This document shows positions 1 to 11,578 of a stretch of DNA of 64,000 nucleotides, piece by piece. Each line of letters starts with the position of its first letter. The first letter of the stretch is position 1. The notes beneath the pieces were generated by a model. That model worked only from the letters and a program-made list of their open reading frames with translations, did no database searches and was not told where the DNA came from. The stretch is from Lepidodermella squamata (taxonomy: Eukaryota > Animalia > Gastrotricha), in NCBI GenBank assembly GCA_047495785.1, contig JBLDXI010000003.1:2976001-3040000 (forward strand), given 5' to 3'. The position numbers and the translations under genes were made by a program.

Positions 1-2
1 AG

Positions 3-308
3 CGCAACAACCGATTCGGTGCTCGCCGTTACGGCAAGAACCACGGCAAGAAGGGCGGCAAGTGGGGCCACAACTTCGGCAACAACTACGGCCACAATTT
101 CCGCAACAAATGGGGCCACAAGTTCGGAAACAAGTACGGTCACAACTTCGGAAACGAATACGGGCACAATTTTGGAAATCAGTACGGCCACAATTTCGGA
201 AACAAGTATGGCCATAATTTCGGCAACAAGTGGGGCCACAATTTCGGCGGTCACAAGGCCAACAAGGGCTCGTACTCCGTCAGCAAGTCGGTCAGCGTCT
301 CCAACTAA
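3..308 (+). CDS. 3' end of a Gly/His/Asn/aromatic octapeptide-repeat protein, (Y/W)GHNFGNK-type repeat x~8 (5' partial)
   Basis: Frame starting at nt 3 reads RNNRFGARRYGKNHGKKGGKWGHNFGNNYGHNFRNKWGHKFGNKYGHNFGNEYGHNFGNQYGHNFGNKYGHNFGNKWGHNFGGHKANKGSYSVSKSVSVSN* (TAA 306-308). The 24-bp repeat varies largely at synonymous positions in this frame. AATAAA at 375-380. Confidence 0.8.
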   Translation, partial: RNNRFGARRYGKNHGKKGGKWGHNFGNNYGHNFRNKWGHKFGNKYGHNFGNEYGHNFGNQYGHNFGNKYGHNFGNKWGHNFGGHKANKGSYSVSKSVSVSN

Positions 309-670
309 ACACCAATTTACATGGTCAAATGAACTTTTTTTGATAAGCTATATAATTTCCGAGATTGCCTTGGGAATAAAAGATATTTAATTTCCTGATG
401 AATCATCTGCTTTTGTGCTTCTCTCGCTCACCCGAAATGATAGTTAGAATAATAGGATTTAATCTCTAATGGAACATGAAAGCTTTTGAAAAAGTGCGAT
501 TACAACAACTTTTACAGTGACTGAAATTACGTAGCATAGGTACCGTTACAGCGGAGTTGAGAATTCATAAAAAATATGATTAGGTATAGCATTGAAAAAG
601 CTGGGGCACCACATCTTCACTCCTCGTTCTAACAACCTCAGATTAATTTGCGATTTGCGACAGATATATA

Positions 671-1414
671 TGGCGTAGGGGAATGCGCGCAACAGATGAA
701 AGCGCGGTGCGCTAGAGGAACGCGCGTTCCGCTAGGAATCGCTTATATTCCGAAATGCGCGCTTTCCGCGGTATACTCAAACGCTACTCAAATAAGAATG
801 CAAATGAAGTAGCAAATGCCTTCCGCTAGATGAATGCGCAACACTAAACATTTTTTTACATTTACGCGAATGAAATCAAAATTGATCAATCAAAAAACTG
901 CCAATCAAGAGTTGGTGACATTTTTGAACTCCGGAGCTAACGGTTGTTGCATTCAATACCCAGGAAGCATTTTTTAGCCCTCCTTTCTACAGTAACACGG
1001 CCCCTTTCCACAACTCTTGGTACATTTACACAGCGTTTTTCGCGCCAGTCGAGGCTTCTTCCCGGCATATTTGCTTTCGGCATCCTTCTTGGGTCGTTTC
1101 TTGTCGACGCCGGATTGATGCTGAAACGCCGCGGTGACGGCGACCGACTTACCAAGCGGCACCCGAAAGTTCTAAAAATTTTAGGCCATCCTCTAAAATC
1201 GCGCGATTTGCGCTATAGCACACGTTTCCCACGCGTGTTCCGCTAAAATCGCGCGTGTTCCTCTAAATCGCGTGATCACCTACGAGCATTTTCAGATGAA
1301 CACGCTGTTCACCTAGGTGAAAGCGCGTTCACCTAAAAATTGCGAAAAACGCGTGTTCCGCTAGCTATTCCAGCGCAACGCGCTTTCATCTGTTGCGCGC
1401 ATTCCCCTACGACA
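671..1414. mobile_element. Non-autonomous TIR element (MITE), TA-flanked
   Basis: ~45-bp terminal inverted repeat (cgtaggggaatgcgcgcaacagatgaaagcgcg.tgcgct.ga at 674 vs reverse complement ending 1411); TA at 669-670 and 1415-1416; subterminal gcgcg-rich repeats; no transposase. Confidence 0.8.
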
Positions 1415-2089
1415 TAAACAACACTTATCATGGGGTTCGAATCAGATTTCATAACCTATAGTCTGGATCAGATATTGGTGGCTGCTTCATACCTGGAACG
1501 GCCGAGAGAGCTCGATCACAATTATTTCGATTTTTAACACAACGCAATTAGGCTCTCCCCATCCCAGCAACTGAAGGTCACATTGGCGTTTGCCATGATT
1601 TCAACATTTCCAACTCACTTGTTTTTTTGAGGGGTCAAGTTATTTATTCAACCTCCTACTTCCCCCTTCCCGCTTCCTGCCTTCCCTCCTTCCTCGTCAC
1701 GTTTTAAGAGACGGATATTCGAAGCTTAGAATAGCGCTTATTACCTTCACCTATGAATCACCGGCAGTATAGCCTCGCCGATTTGTAAAAACGCATTCTT
1801 ATAATATGCCATTCATGAGAATGTAAAAGACACGCAAAGAAGGTGGTAAATGTCTCTTTCATCGCATTTTTTTACTTCAATGTTACGCTTCATTTTTGTC
1901 TAATATAGTCTGGAGGGAATGCGGTCGATTTTCTGCTCTATTATATCACAATATCCACTACGCTACATACTTGATAGAACGCAGTAGAGACTAATCGATT
2001 AAACTCAATTATTTCCCGCGCCCCATCTTTTCTCTTGTTACAATAGGAGACTTATTGCAAATTAAGCGAAGATTAGGATACCCTTCGCC

Positions 2090-3438
2090 ATGTCGGAAAC
2101 TCGACTGAAGAGTTTAGCCCATGCTTGGCTATGCATCTACAACTCCTTTGCAATGGTAAATTTGACAATTTCCAATAACAAATATTTCAAAGCTCGGTTT
2201 CCTATCCATAGTTTGTTTCGATGATGGGCGCTGTTTTCGCTTTCATTCTAATGATCAGTGCGTCGGATATTCAAGTTTTCGATGGTCAACCGCTGGGCCT
2301 AATTTTCAAAATGTTGAAAAATACCAACAACAATAAGGTCCTAGGCATGAGCTTCTGCTCTTGTTTCTTTCTTCTTTTCGTTTTCTTCTCATCATCGTTC
2401 GGAATTTCCAAGTTCGGCCTTGCACTGGCTTTTTATCATCAACGCTCATATAAGCCTCGCAATCAATCCAAATCAATACAAAAGGAACAGAAGCATGTAT
2501 TGGCTGTAAGTTTCTGCAGCAAAGAAGTCGAAAAATTAGCTGATTTCTCCAATTTCAGTACCAAATTCTGGTTACAATCAACGCCTTTCTGCATTATGTC
2601 GTACTTGTGGCTGTGCTAACCAACTTCGACAGGGTCAAGAACACCATTTGGGACAGTGTTGAATTGGAACAAGATGCCATCAGATCAAGCGGCGATGGAA
2701 AATTGAACAGCGCTGGAGAGAATTTTCTCGGCCTTCAAATTGCTGTAATTCCATTAGCTTATCGTTTTGTTTGATTTCAAACCATTTTTCAACCAGTTTC
2801 AATGCTGCGGGGGCCATGGACCTAGAGATTGGACGACGCGAACAAATTGGTTCAGGGAGAAGTATGGCGAGGCTATACTTGTCGACGAGAGACGACATCC
2901 GCATCAAGATGACAAGCGGAGACTTTTGATGTTTCCCTGTTTGAGACCAGATGAGGTTGGTTCAACGTGGTACGACGACCCCAGCTCATGGTGTTACCAT
3001 TCTCCGTCACAAGACTGCAAGCTGCAGGTTCCACCGCATACTTACGGGTGTAAATATGCCATCGATGCAGCTTTGAGCAAATGGCGAATTCCTATTTTCG
3101 CTATTTTCATCAGTATGGCTTTTCTACAGGTTTGAATAACTTAGCTTACAATTCGTTATGGAAGAGAATGGTTTCCATTACAGTTACTCGGAATGATCGG
3201 CGCCATGGCGTATTTTTGTTTGTTCCTCGACTTTGAAGCAGCGCCTGGTGAATCAGCTCGCCAGCAGGATTGTGATACTTATTCAGATACTGAAAGGCTA
3301 ATTCAAGCTTCGCATTCTAAGAAAAACAAGAAATATCGGTTCTTGAAAAACTTCACACCAGTTAGTGACCAGCATGGAAGTGATCGGGATGAGAAGAGCC
3401 ACGCTAAATTTGCTCGCTTGCCAGGGCTCCAAGATTGA
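2090..3438 (+). CDS. Tetraspanin-family protein (5 exons: 2090-2155, 2212-2505, 2559-2744, 2797-3129, 3184-3438)
   Basis: Phase-0 GT-AG introns of 52-56 bp join one frame; four hydrophobic segments; large loop with FQCCGGHGPRDW (CCG motif) and YGCK before TM4; AATAAA at 3462. Confidence 0.85.
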
Positions 3439-4092
3439 CAATCGGCGTCGTAACCCTTTTTAATAAAAACTTCTGTTAGGAAAATCTAATTTGATTGTCT
3501 CCAAAACAATAGAAACCAAGTGGGACAAGGAATAAAGTGAAAGATGGGTAATGCAAGTTGAACTAAGAGGTAAGAGTAGCTTCCACATGGAACAAAGAAA
3601 CTCGGACCTTCTGCATTGATTTCGCAAGCGAAGAGCAATTCACAACAAAGAGGCATCCCCTATTTGTGAAAAAGGGTGAAAGAAATATTATAAAAATATC
3701 TAATAACCTAATTATAATAATCTGAATACGTGACTCCTACATAAACACGCATCTTTTGCTGCTAATTTTATGGGTGAACTTGAACAGAAGACACCATGCC
3801 ACCACAGTCGTGACCAGCCCTATAAAAAATGCATTCATGCATTTCAATTTTTACGACTCAATCAGCGGCTCCGTATTATACCTAACACTGAAGGACACTA
3901 AAACCGAATGAAAAATATATATATATATAGACTATACAGACGTATTATGCATAAACTTTAACGGACACAACCGGAGTCGTGACTAAATCTGAAATGAATG
4001 AATGATGTAGTAAATACGCCCGCGTTACGTTTTCCCGTTGAGCTATTACTGTTGTTGTTGGGAGTGTCCGCGAATAAGGTTAGAAAATTAGC

Positions 4093-4927
4093 GGTTATCC
4101 CCCACTTGCGCAACTGCCACTTGCGCAACTACCACTTGCAAAACCAGCGCAACCCCACTTGCGCAACTTTTCTAGTTATTTTTTCAGTTTTAAGCAGTTT
4201 TCATCAAGACTGAAGTAGATACATTATAAAAGTAATAATATTTTGGAAATGCAACTATTGAGGCGTCATTTGGTGTATGTTACACGGGTGGCTTTAATAA
4301 CGCGGCTAAAACGGCTATATGGTCAGCAGATGATAATACTCGCAAGTGCCAAAAAGTGCTTCCAACATTTGAACAAAGAAATCGCCTCTTTCTCTGCATC
4401 GAAAATGCGTAAAATCGATCGAGGTCTAAAAGCTGAGCGTGTTTTGCCGAAATACGAACGGGTGGAGTAACATATCCAGCAAGTTGTACGCCATTTCGGC
4501 TACAGCGAAAACACCACCAACGATTTACTCGCTTGCCTAGACAGTATGTCATCATTCATTACTGATTACAAAAAGTTAACATCGTTGATCGGCTCTTCTA
4601 CAAGCTTTTCTACACAATTGGCTTCTTTGCCTCTATATCCGCTCTAGCTATGCGCTAATCATTTTGAAATAAAGCCGGCATTTTGTTTTTTGTAATTTAA
4701 CATCTAAAGGCTTATGACCAAATAATGGATCATCAAATGACATACACCAAATGACGCCTCAATAGTTGCATTTCCAAAATATTATTACTTTTATAATGTA
4801 TCTACTTCAGTCTTGATGAAAACTGCTTAAAACTGAAAAAATAACTAGAAAAGTTGCGCAAGTGGGGTTGCGCTGGTTTTGCAAGTGGTAGTTGCGCAAG
4901 TGGCAGTTGCGCAAGTGGGGGTAATTC
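4093..4927. mobile_element. Mutator/MULE-like non-autonomous element with ~182-bp TIRs
   Basis: 4099-4280 is the reverse complement of 4740-4921; 9-bp direct repeat aaaattagc at 4084-4092 and 4928-4936; ccacttgcgcaact subrepeats in the TIRs. Confidence 0.88.
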
Positions 4928-5230
4928 AAAATTAGCCAACATAGAAATTAGGAAAAAAGCCCGGTAGGGTGGCGGTCACCACGCGACCACGAAACCGCTA
5001 AAGTTGTCTATATGCCGTACATTGCAACCGTCTTCATTCGAAAGTTCGTTACCTAAGAGCGTTACTTGCACGTACAACTCGACTGCCACCCTTTTTCTAC
5101 GACTTGTCTACATCGAAGGAGTCAGAATCTATGTCGTTTCGGGTATATAATCAGCTGAAATGCACATGGTCATCATCAATTCATAGCTTCTCATCTAAAA
5201 GATTAAAAATACTAACTTTTTAAAGGCAAC

Positions 5231-5676
5231 ATGGCTCTCCGAGTTGTTATCATCGTCCTATTCGGCCTATTCGCCTGTTCGAGTAAGACTGCAAATCACA
5301 GTTGGATTCCTGCATGATTGCCCTTTTCTTCGATTTAGGTGGGCTAACCTGCTATGAAGGCGCTGGAAACAGCATTAACACGACCTGCACAAGCAGCTCA
5401 GCGGCAGCTTGCTCTGTAGGCATTCAATTTATGCTAAGTCATTAATCATTTTTATATTTTTTTCAGAAAACTGTTAGCAAAGTGAATGGAGTCGAGTCGT
5501 ATGTCAAGAGCTGCGCCTCATCTTGCACTCCTGCAAGTGCATGCAGTGGAGGAGTTTGTGCCGAACTGTTTTGCTGTACAACGGATAAGTGTAACTCCGG
5601 AATTGTCATTACTCCAACGCTAACAGTTATCGCAATCTTCACCGCTCTGTTCATTTCTCTGGCTGGCAGGAAATGA
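5231..5676 (+). CDS. Ly6/uPAR (three-finger) GPI-anchored protein 1 (exons 5231-5282, 5339-5415, 5467-5676)
   Basis: Signal peptide MALRVVIIVLFGLFACSSG, LTCYEG start, 10 Cys, CCTTDKCN terminal motif, hydrophobic GPI-type tail; phase-1 intron after the signal exon as is typical for Ly6 genes. Confidence 0.88.
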
Positions 5677-6720
5677 TCAAGAGAGAATCTTCATTTATTC
5701 AACATTGATACGCAAAGCTCGTAGCCAATAGCAAGCTAATAGAACATTGTTGCGTTTTCAATATGCTTAGAAACATCAGAGTGTTATATCGCTGCAATTA
5801 TTGCATACACTACACAATGCCTTATTCATTTGTCGAATTCGGCTTTCATTAATTACTCAGCTCTATTGATGTTGCCTGTATTTTTCCGCTTTTACCAAAA
5901 AAACCAATAAACAGCACCGTAGTCTTATTTCGGACGGGTAATTTCGGACACTTTTGACTTAGAACTTGAAGTTCTCCTCAACCCTGGCGAAACTAAAGAC
6001 AGAATGCAGAAGATAGCCACGAGCATTGTCTTTCCAATGACACCTGAAACATAAGAACGGTTGAGTATGCGAAGAATGGTCGAACTATTCGCAGTCATGT
6101 CCCACGTACAACTTTTCACCAAGTAGGTATTTTTTGCTGGAAAGAAGCGGAAAAGATAGAGCCGCTATTATCTATCGATTTAGTAATGCTGCTTTGTTCA
6201 AACCAATTTTAAACTTTTGATCAGACATACTTAAGAAAACAAATTGTGTGCCGGCAGCCTCAAACTACAGAGAATTCATAAAGATGCCAATCGACCTCGA
6301 CATTTTAAAACTCTCGACATCTCTTATGGAGAACTGCGCAGAGCTGCGTTGAGAGAATAATTCGATATCGAGGGTTCGAATTCCTCAACATGCATGCTAT
6401 TTTTTATTTTCTCCCTTTAAATTTGCTGACACGTTTGATCTCGCTTTAATGTGCTCGCTTTGACCCAAATCTGAATATTCACTGAAATATTCACTCAAAA
6501 TGAATATTTCTCAAAGGCCATGGCAGACTAGATGAAGTTTTTTAGAAATTAACTTCCTGTTAGGGTACCACTGATAACCCTAACTGCTGATAACAATAAG
6601 AAAAGTTTTAAATATCACCATCTGATGTCCATTCAACGGCTAAATTACATATCATTTATTTGTCCAGCAAAATAATTCATGAATCATAAGTATGAATCAT
6701 CAGTTATTTGAGCAAGTCTC

Positions 6721-7606
6721 TCAAGCGATGAGTGTCTTGATAGGCACAGGGATGTAGGAACTTGTAGCAGAGTTCAGTGCTGACTGTTGGGTCGAAACGA
6801 ACTTCTGGAGCTCTTGATCAGTGAGGCGCGGCAAAACGGCATCAACGCATAAAATCGCATCAGGGCGCATGTTGCTCTTCAGTTCCATTTTCGAATAATC
6901 AATGCCCTGGAATAAACGAGAGAAGTATGTTGAGAGTTGGGAAAATTCCAAATGAAACCTCAGGCAGAACGACTTTGCGGTGATAGTTGCGCCCGATTTG
7001 ATATTGACCTTCATCTTTCTTACCCGAACCTTTGAAATCGTGATCAGCATCAATCGAAACGGCTCGCTCGGCCTTGCTGAATGTAACCTTGACCTCCTCA
7101 GGGCGAAAGCCAGCCATGTCAAAGCAGAGGCACAACATGCGAGAGCCGTCTTTAGGGTTGATTCGGATCGGGTTCGACAGCGCGTAGTATTCGAACAAGT
7201 TGACTGGTCGCCAAGGGACGGACATCATGTCGCGAGCCGTGAAGTTGTAGAAGTCATCGATGGTGTGATGAGACCAGTTCTTCAGGTGATTCACCTGCTG
7301 TTCAGAAGTTTTTACCAGCCGCTGGTACTCAGGAAAGGTCGAAAACGCCCCGAAGCTGAGAAATAAAGAAGAGTATTATACAACTTAACCCTTAAAATCA
7401 GTCAATCCTTACTTTTGGCTCCAAAAATGACCCCCGAACGGTAGATTGATCGGCAGGGCAGGAAACCAGGAAGATCCAGCGCTCCACGAGCAAGGCTGGT
7501 TAAACCCGGGATGCGGATGGTTGAGGCCGAGGAAATTCGGAGTTGCCATCATAGATGGCGGCATGACCGTTCGAGAACCAGAAATATCAACCTTAGCCGA
7601 AGCCAT
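6721..7606 (-). CDS. Small heat-shock protein (HSP20/alpha-crystallin domain), 3 exons (7606-7413, 7355-~6959, ~6906-6721)
   Basis: Spliced product contains LCFDMAGFRPEEVKVTF...RNYHRKVVLPEGID...LKSNMRPDAILCVDA and a C-terminal IPVPI (IxI-like) motif, after a Pro/aromatic-rich N-terminus. Confidence 0.85.
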
Positions 7607-7750
7607 TTTTCTTGAAAATAATTTGGGAATAAGTTTTCGAAATTCTCGTCGAGTAGAGCTTTTATGTGATGAGATTCGCAGTGATAATTCATTAAAAGTA
7701 TGGCGCAATTTCTCGACGCATTACAATTTATTTGCAGAGAAGGCTCAATA

Positions 7751-8101
7751 TTAAAGAAATAAGTACAATCCAACAAGGATGACTAACAGACCTAAACTAA
7801 ATATGACAATTGATAAAGCGCATAACGTTCTGCAACAACGTTGCCCGCACTTGGATGGGTCAGCCTGTGGAACTTCGCTTGCAGTTATCGTTGAATTTGC
7901 TAATTTCAATTCAGCTGCTATCGCATTTACGTAGTAGGAGTGACTTGGATCTATCGTTTCATAGCTCGGCGGCGGTTCCATATATCGCATTTCGATGCCA
8001 TATTGTGTCAAGTTAGTATCGATAGCCACATCTCCTTGCATTGTTGCCACGCGATGAGGTTCATTTGACACTGAAGCGAAATCATTGGCAAAATGTGACA
8101 T
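7751..8101 (-). CDS. PPxY tail-anchored membrane protein (array member 1)
   Basis: MSHFAND...EPPPSYETI...KCGQRCCRTLC followed by a C-terminal hydrophobic helix ALSIVIFSLGLLVILVGLYLFL*. Confidence 0.75.
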   Translation of the reverse strand: MSHFANDFASVSNEPHRVATMQGDVAIDTNLTQYGIEMRYMEPPPSYETIDPSHSYYVNAIAAELKLANSTITASEVPQADPSKCGQRCCRTLCALSIVIFSLGLLVILVGLYLFL

Positions 8102-8496
8102 TCCAGGTTGTTTAAAAGACTGTATCGTAGTCTCAGACTCTGAGTTTGGCTTCAAGCCGTAGGAGTAACATATTGAGAGATAAGCCTGGCAGTCTTAGTA
8201 GTTCATAGATAAGAAAAGGTACCAAGGTCGCCCTCGGCCATATCGCCCCAGTTCGTGAGTCATCACATGGAAAAATAGAGACATCAAGGTTAAAAAGGAG
8301 GTCTAACGTAACTCAAAACTGGCACTGCTGCTAATTACTATAACTATTTTTCGTTGATAAGAACGGCTTTTAGAACTGGTCTTGCCAATGTTCGTTGCAT
8401 TCAACGGAGATGTTGTCAATTAATTGGCCATGGCGTAGCCATGTAAAAACCATGTAAGACTCCTTTCATTAAGTAATAAGACTCTACATCTCAAGC

Positions 8497-9031
8497 ATGC
8501 ATTTTCAGGTTTTGCCAATTCGAATGAAAATGTTGGTGCTGGCAGCAATCACAGCACAAGTCTTCAACCACAATCTTGCAGGTAAAAATGCGTTTCAGAA
8601 CTGTAAATCATCGAAACTCTTGAATCTTCAAAGACGCGCTGATGTGTATTCAAGGGTCGTCTGGATCCACTTATGCGATGAGGATTTGCCATCCAAGCCA
8701 CTTTTACTGCATGGTAGCTTTTTGTCACAAGGACTGCTTTAAGCCTTCAATGATTTTTCTTTTGAATCAGAAAGCCGTAATAGGTTCCTATTATGTCAGA
8801 GATTGTGCCAGTGAATGTTTAACTATGTCTGTTGGTGCTCCTCTGAATAGCTCCGAAACAGTTAATTCAACTGATTCGAATGGCTCAGCTCCCCAGCAGT
8901 CATTCGCCAGACATTGCTGTAAATCGAACTTATGCAACTCGAGCGAGACTTCATCGCATTTTAACTCGATCATTCTGATCCTCATGCTTTCAATGGGATT
9001 TTTTGCGATCTCGAACCAAAAATGCGAATAG
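8497..9031 (+). CDS. Ly6/three-finger GPI-anchored protein 2 (exons ~8497-8581, 8634-8713, 8771-9031)
   Basis: Signal exon, ALMCIQG...C...YCM, YVRDCASEC...CCKSNLCN and a hydrophobic tail; same intron positions as the gene at 5231. Start codon uncertain. Confidence 0.82.
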
Positions 9032-9269
9032 ACTGTGGTTTTAACAATTTGAAATCAATGAAAACGTGCACCTTTAATAATTGTTAGTTTTTTCTCCTAA
9101 GAAGAGACTTTGAACAGCGGTGGTGTAGCTAATGTGCGCCGGTGTGACTCTTCAACGGCTTAACTGTTACATGTTACACGTGAGGCATACAGAGTGTGTC
9201 AATTAACTACCTTACTACTCACTATAACTAACTTTATGCGAACCTAATTTTATCTCTGTTAATCCCAAA

Positions 9270-9909
9270 ATGAATTCTTTTGTTATTCTGAAAGGGATAC
9301 GAATCCTTGCCCTGGCAGTTATCACTACAACCCTCCTTGAATATACAGGTGAAAGTTTGGTTTTAGTTTAATTAATATTCAGCTAATCGAATCATATTTT
9401 TACAGATGCCTTGATGTGTGTGGAAGGGTCGTCACACTTGCGGTTTAGAACGAAGACTTGCGAATCTGGCCAGCCGTATTGTATGGTAATTTGCCGCATC
9501 AATGCTCTAAGGACCCGGCTCATAACCAGTTAAAAATTCTTATTCTGAATTCGAGTCCTAATTTTTCATTTCCGGTGAATTTAAGACGTTATAGCCGTTC
9601 ATGAGCCGGATGGCTAGAGCATTGATGCTGGCCAAATTTCTCCTATTATATTCTTAAACGTAGAAAGCTGTCATTCAACAGTCATACATCGTGAAAGACT
9701 GTGCCATTCAATGCTCGGCAATTTCAATTGGTACGCAGAATAGTTCAGTTGCAGCTAATGGGACAAATTCAACTTCTCAATCGCCGTTCGCGAGATACTG
9801 CTGTAAATCGAACATGTGCAACTCCGGCAACATCTCATTGAATTTTTACCCGATTTTCGCTGTCATACTGTGCCTTACTCTGAAATTTTCGGTCGCAAAA
9901 CTTGGTTGA
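9270..9909 (+). CDS. Ly6/three-finger GPI-anchored protein 3 (exons 9270-9348, 9405-9485, 9664-9909)
   Basis: Paralog of the 8497 gene: ALMCVEG...CESGQPYCM, KDCAIQC...CCKSNMCN, hydrophobic tail. Confidence 0.85.
9487..9639. mobile_element. Small palindromic MITE-like insertion in Ly6-3 intron 2
   Basis: gcatcaatgctcta (9496) vs tagagcattgatgc (ends 9628), plus ccggctcat/atgagccgg; accounts for the enlarged intron relative to the paralog. Confidence 0.6.
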
Positions 9910-10076
9910 ACAATCAAGCTAAAGCTAAAATCCCAAATTTAACAAACAGCCATATTTTTGTACGCTGAGTTCATGGTCAATCGAATTCTAGGATTAATGT
10001 CACTTATTTTATCAACAGTAAAAGGACACTGATTGAAAATCATAGTTCAATTTTCTAATTTCAAAGGTGCAAAACT

Positions 10077-10305
10077 CTCAATCGAAAAACCATAAATTGA
10101 GCATCTTTTTTCTCTGGGACAATCTGGTTTGTTTGAGATGGGGCGATCTCATCGTAAGGTGGCCTTGAGACCAGTGCGCGAAGTAGGATTCTCGGTGGGC
10201 GGGGTCTCGGTTGGTGAAGGAATTGAACCGCTGCCAATAGTAAGTGCGTCTATCGAAGCCACGGGTATGGAAACATAAGCCGGAGGCAAAGATCGAGGCG
10301 GCTCG
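10077..10305 (-). pseudogene. Subfamily-A PPxY gene remnant
   Basis: EPPRSLPPAYVSIPVASIDAL matches the 11066/25434 copies, followed by an internal deletion/frameshift (PPYDEI out of frame); no intact TM or start exon seen. Confidence 0.75.
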
Positions 10306-11065
10306 CTACGAAGCAATATAGCACTGGTTTATGCTCGGTTAATTCTGTGGACACGTTGAAAGCTGACGTTATACACAGCAGAGACCTAGCTGCTTTAATC
10401 ATCTGAGATAAGGCATTTGATATGACCGTTGATAAGAAAGCACGCCCCGATTTAAGCTGTCACACCTGTCCGGCTAGCCGGCCAGTAATATTTTACCGCC
10501 AAAACAAGATTTTCAACTTTGATGGCATACCGAAGTTTTGATTCAGTGCGAATTATGAAAATGGCTGGCTCTGAATTAGGGATTGTTACATCCATGCACA
10601 CTATATTTAGGCTATTAAGAAGATTAAAACTAATTACTAATTTACTGTGCCCCTATTAATTGGGAAAACGACCCCCTTTTTCCAAAAATTGCCGAAAAAG
10701 CCGCCTTCTATAATTTGTACATTTTCGGCTCAAAATGCTCGATTCTCGATTTAACTAAGAGCTGGATCAAGAAGTCGTAACACTTCTCCAAACTCAACAT
10801 TTGTTGAAGTTCAATCGATCAACTTGCGAGGAATTCAGTAAGTTGGACAAGGTGATGCGGCTGTGGAAGGAGTATGAATCAACGGGTGTCAACATTTTTA
10901 AAATGACAATAAGCGACAATAAGCGACAATAAGCGAATATTGGTAATATTATTTCCTTTCATTTCAATGTTTAAAAAGATGATACAGCGCGGTTAAAATG
11001 AAAAAAAGTGTGTAAAATGAAAAAACACCCCTCGACTGCAATCGCCATAACTATAGTGAGACCCG

Positions 11066-11578
11066 TTAAGGGTTAATCTCTAAAACTATTGTTACTGCTG
11101 ACATAATAATTATAAATATAACAACAAAGGTCCATTGCAAAATTTTTTTACATCTATGTTTACAAGTGCTGTTTGAAGGCGGGTTGTCATCGACCAAAGC
11201 GTCCTCTGTAAACGGATTGATGACAACAGGATCTGCTGTAATACGATCGATCTCTTCTATCATAATTCGAGATACTTCCGGCGGAGTGGTTCGAGAGGAT
11301 CCAATCTCGTCGTAGGATGGTGGTGGTTGAAAAGCCCTGAGCTCAACATGATTCGCGGGAATGGTAATAGGACGATCGCTGCTGTAGGTCGGTGGAAGTG
11401 TCGATCCTGTTGGCGGAGCCTCGGCTGGTGGCGGGATCGAATCATTGCCAACAGCAAGTGCGTCTATCGAAGCCACGGGTATGGAAACATAAGCTGGCGG
11501 CAAAGACAATGTCTGGCTACAAAGCAAGAAAGACTGATTAGCCCCTCCGAGATCAAAGCTTTTGATTTACTTTTCCAT
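11066..11578 (-). CDS. Subfamily-A PPxY tail-anchored protein (exons 11578-11571, 11516-11066)
   Basis: 8-nt first exon ATGGAAAA|gtaaat; LPPAY, LPPTY and PPPSY motifs; CKHRCKK then a C-terminal TM. Confidence 0.85.

Noticed and set aside
19-390. 123-aa Thr/Ser/Ala ORF in the track
   Set aside because: Alternative frame of the octarepeat gene; the nt-3 frame conserves the peptide repeat far better.
937-1246. Three overlapping short ORFs
   Set aside because: They lie inside a MITE and show no recognisable motifs.
4099-4170. Regularly repeated ccacttgcgcaact units (CRISPR-like look)
   Set aside because: No spacers, eukaryotic context, and mirrored in the opposite TIR.
6371-6395. ggttcgaattcc tRNA B-box-like motif
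   Set aside because: No cloverleaf or A-box could be built; it adjoins a decayed tcga-rich repeat.
10906-10935. gacaataagc x3 tandem
   Set aside because: Simple slippage expansion; single copy in the paralogous segment.
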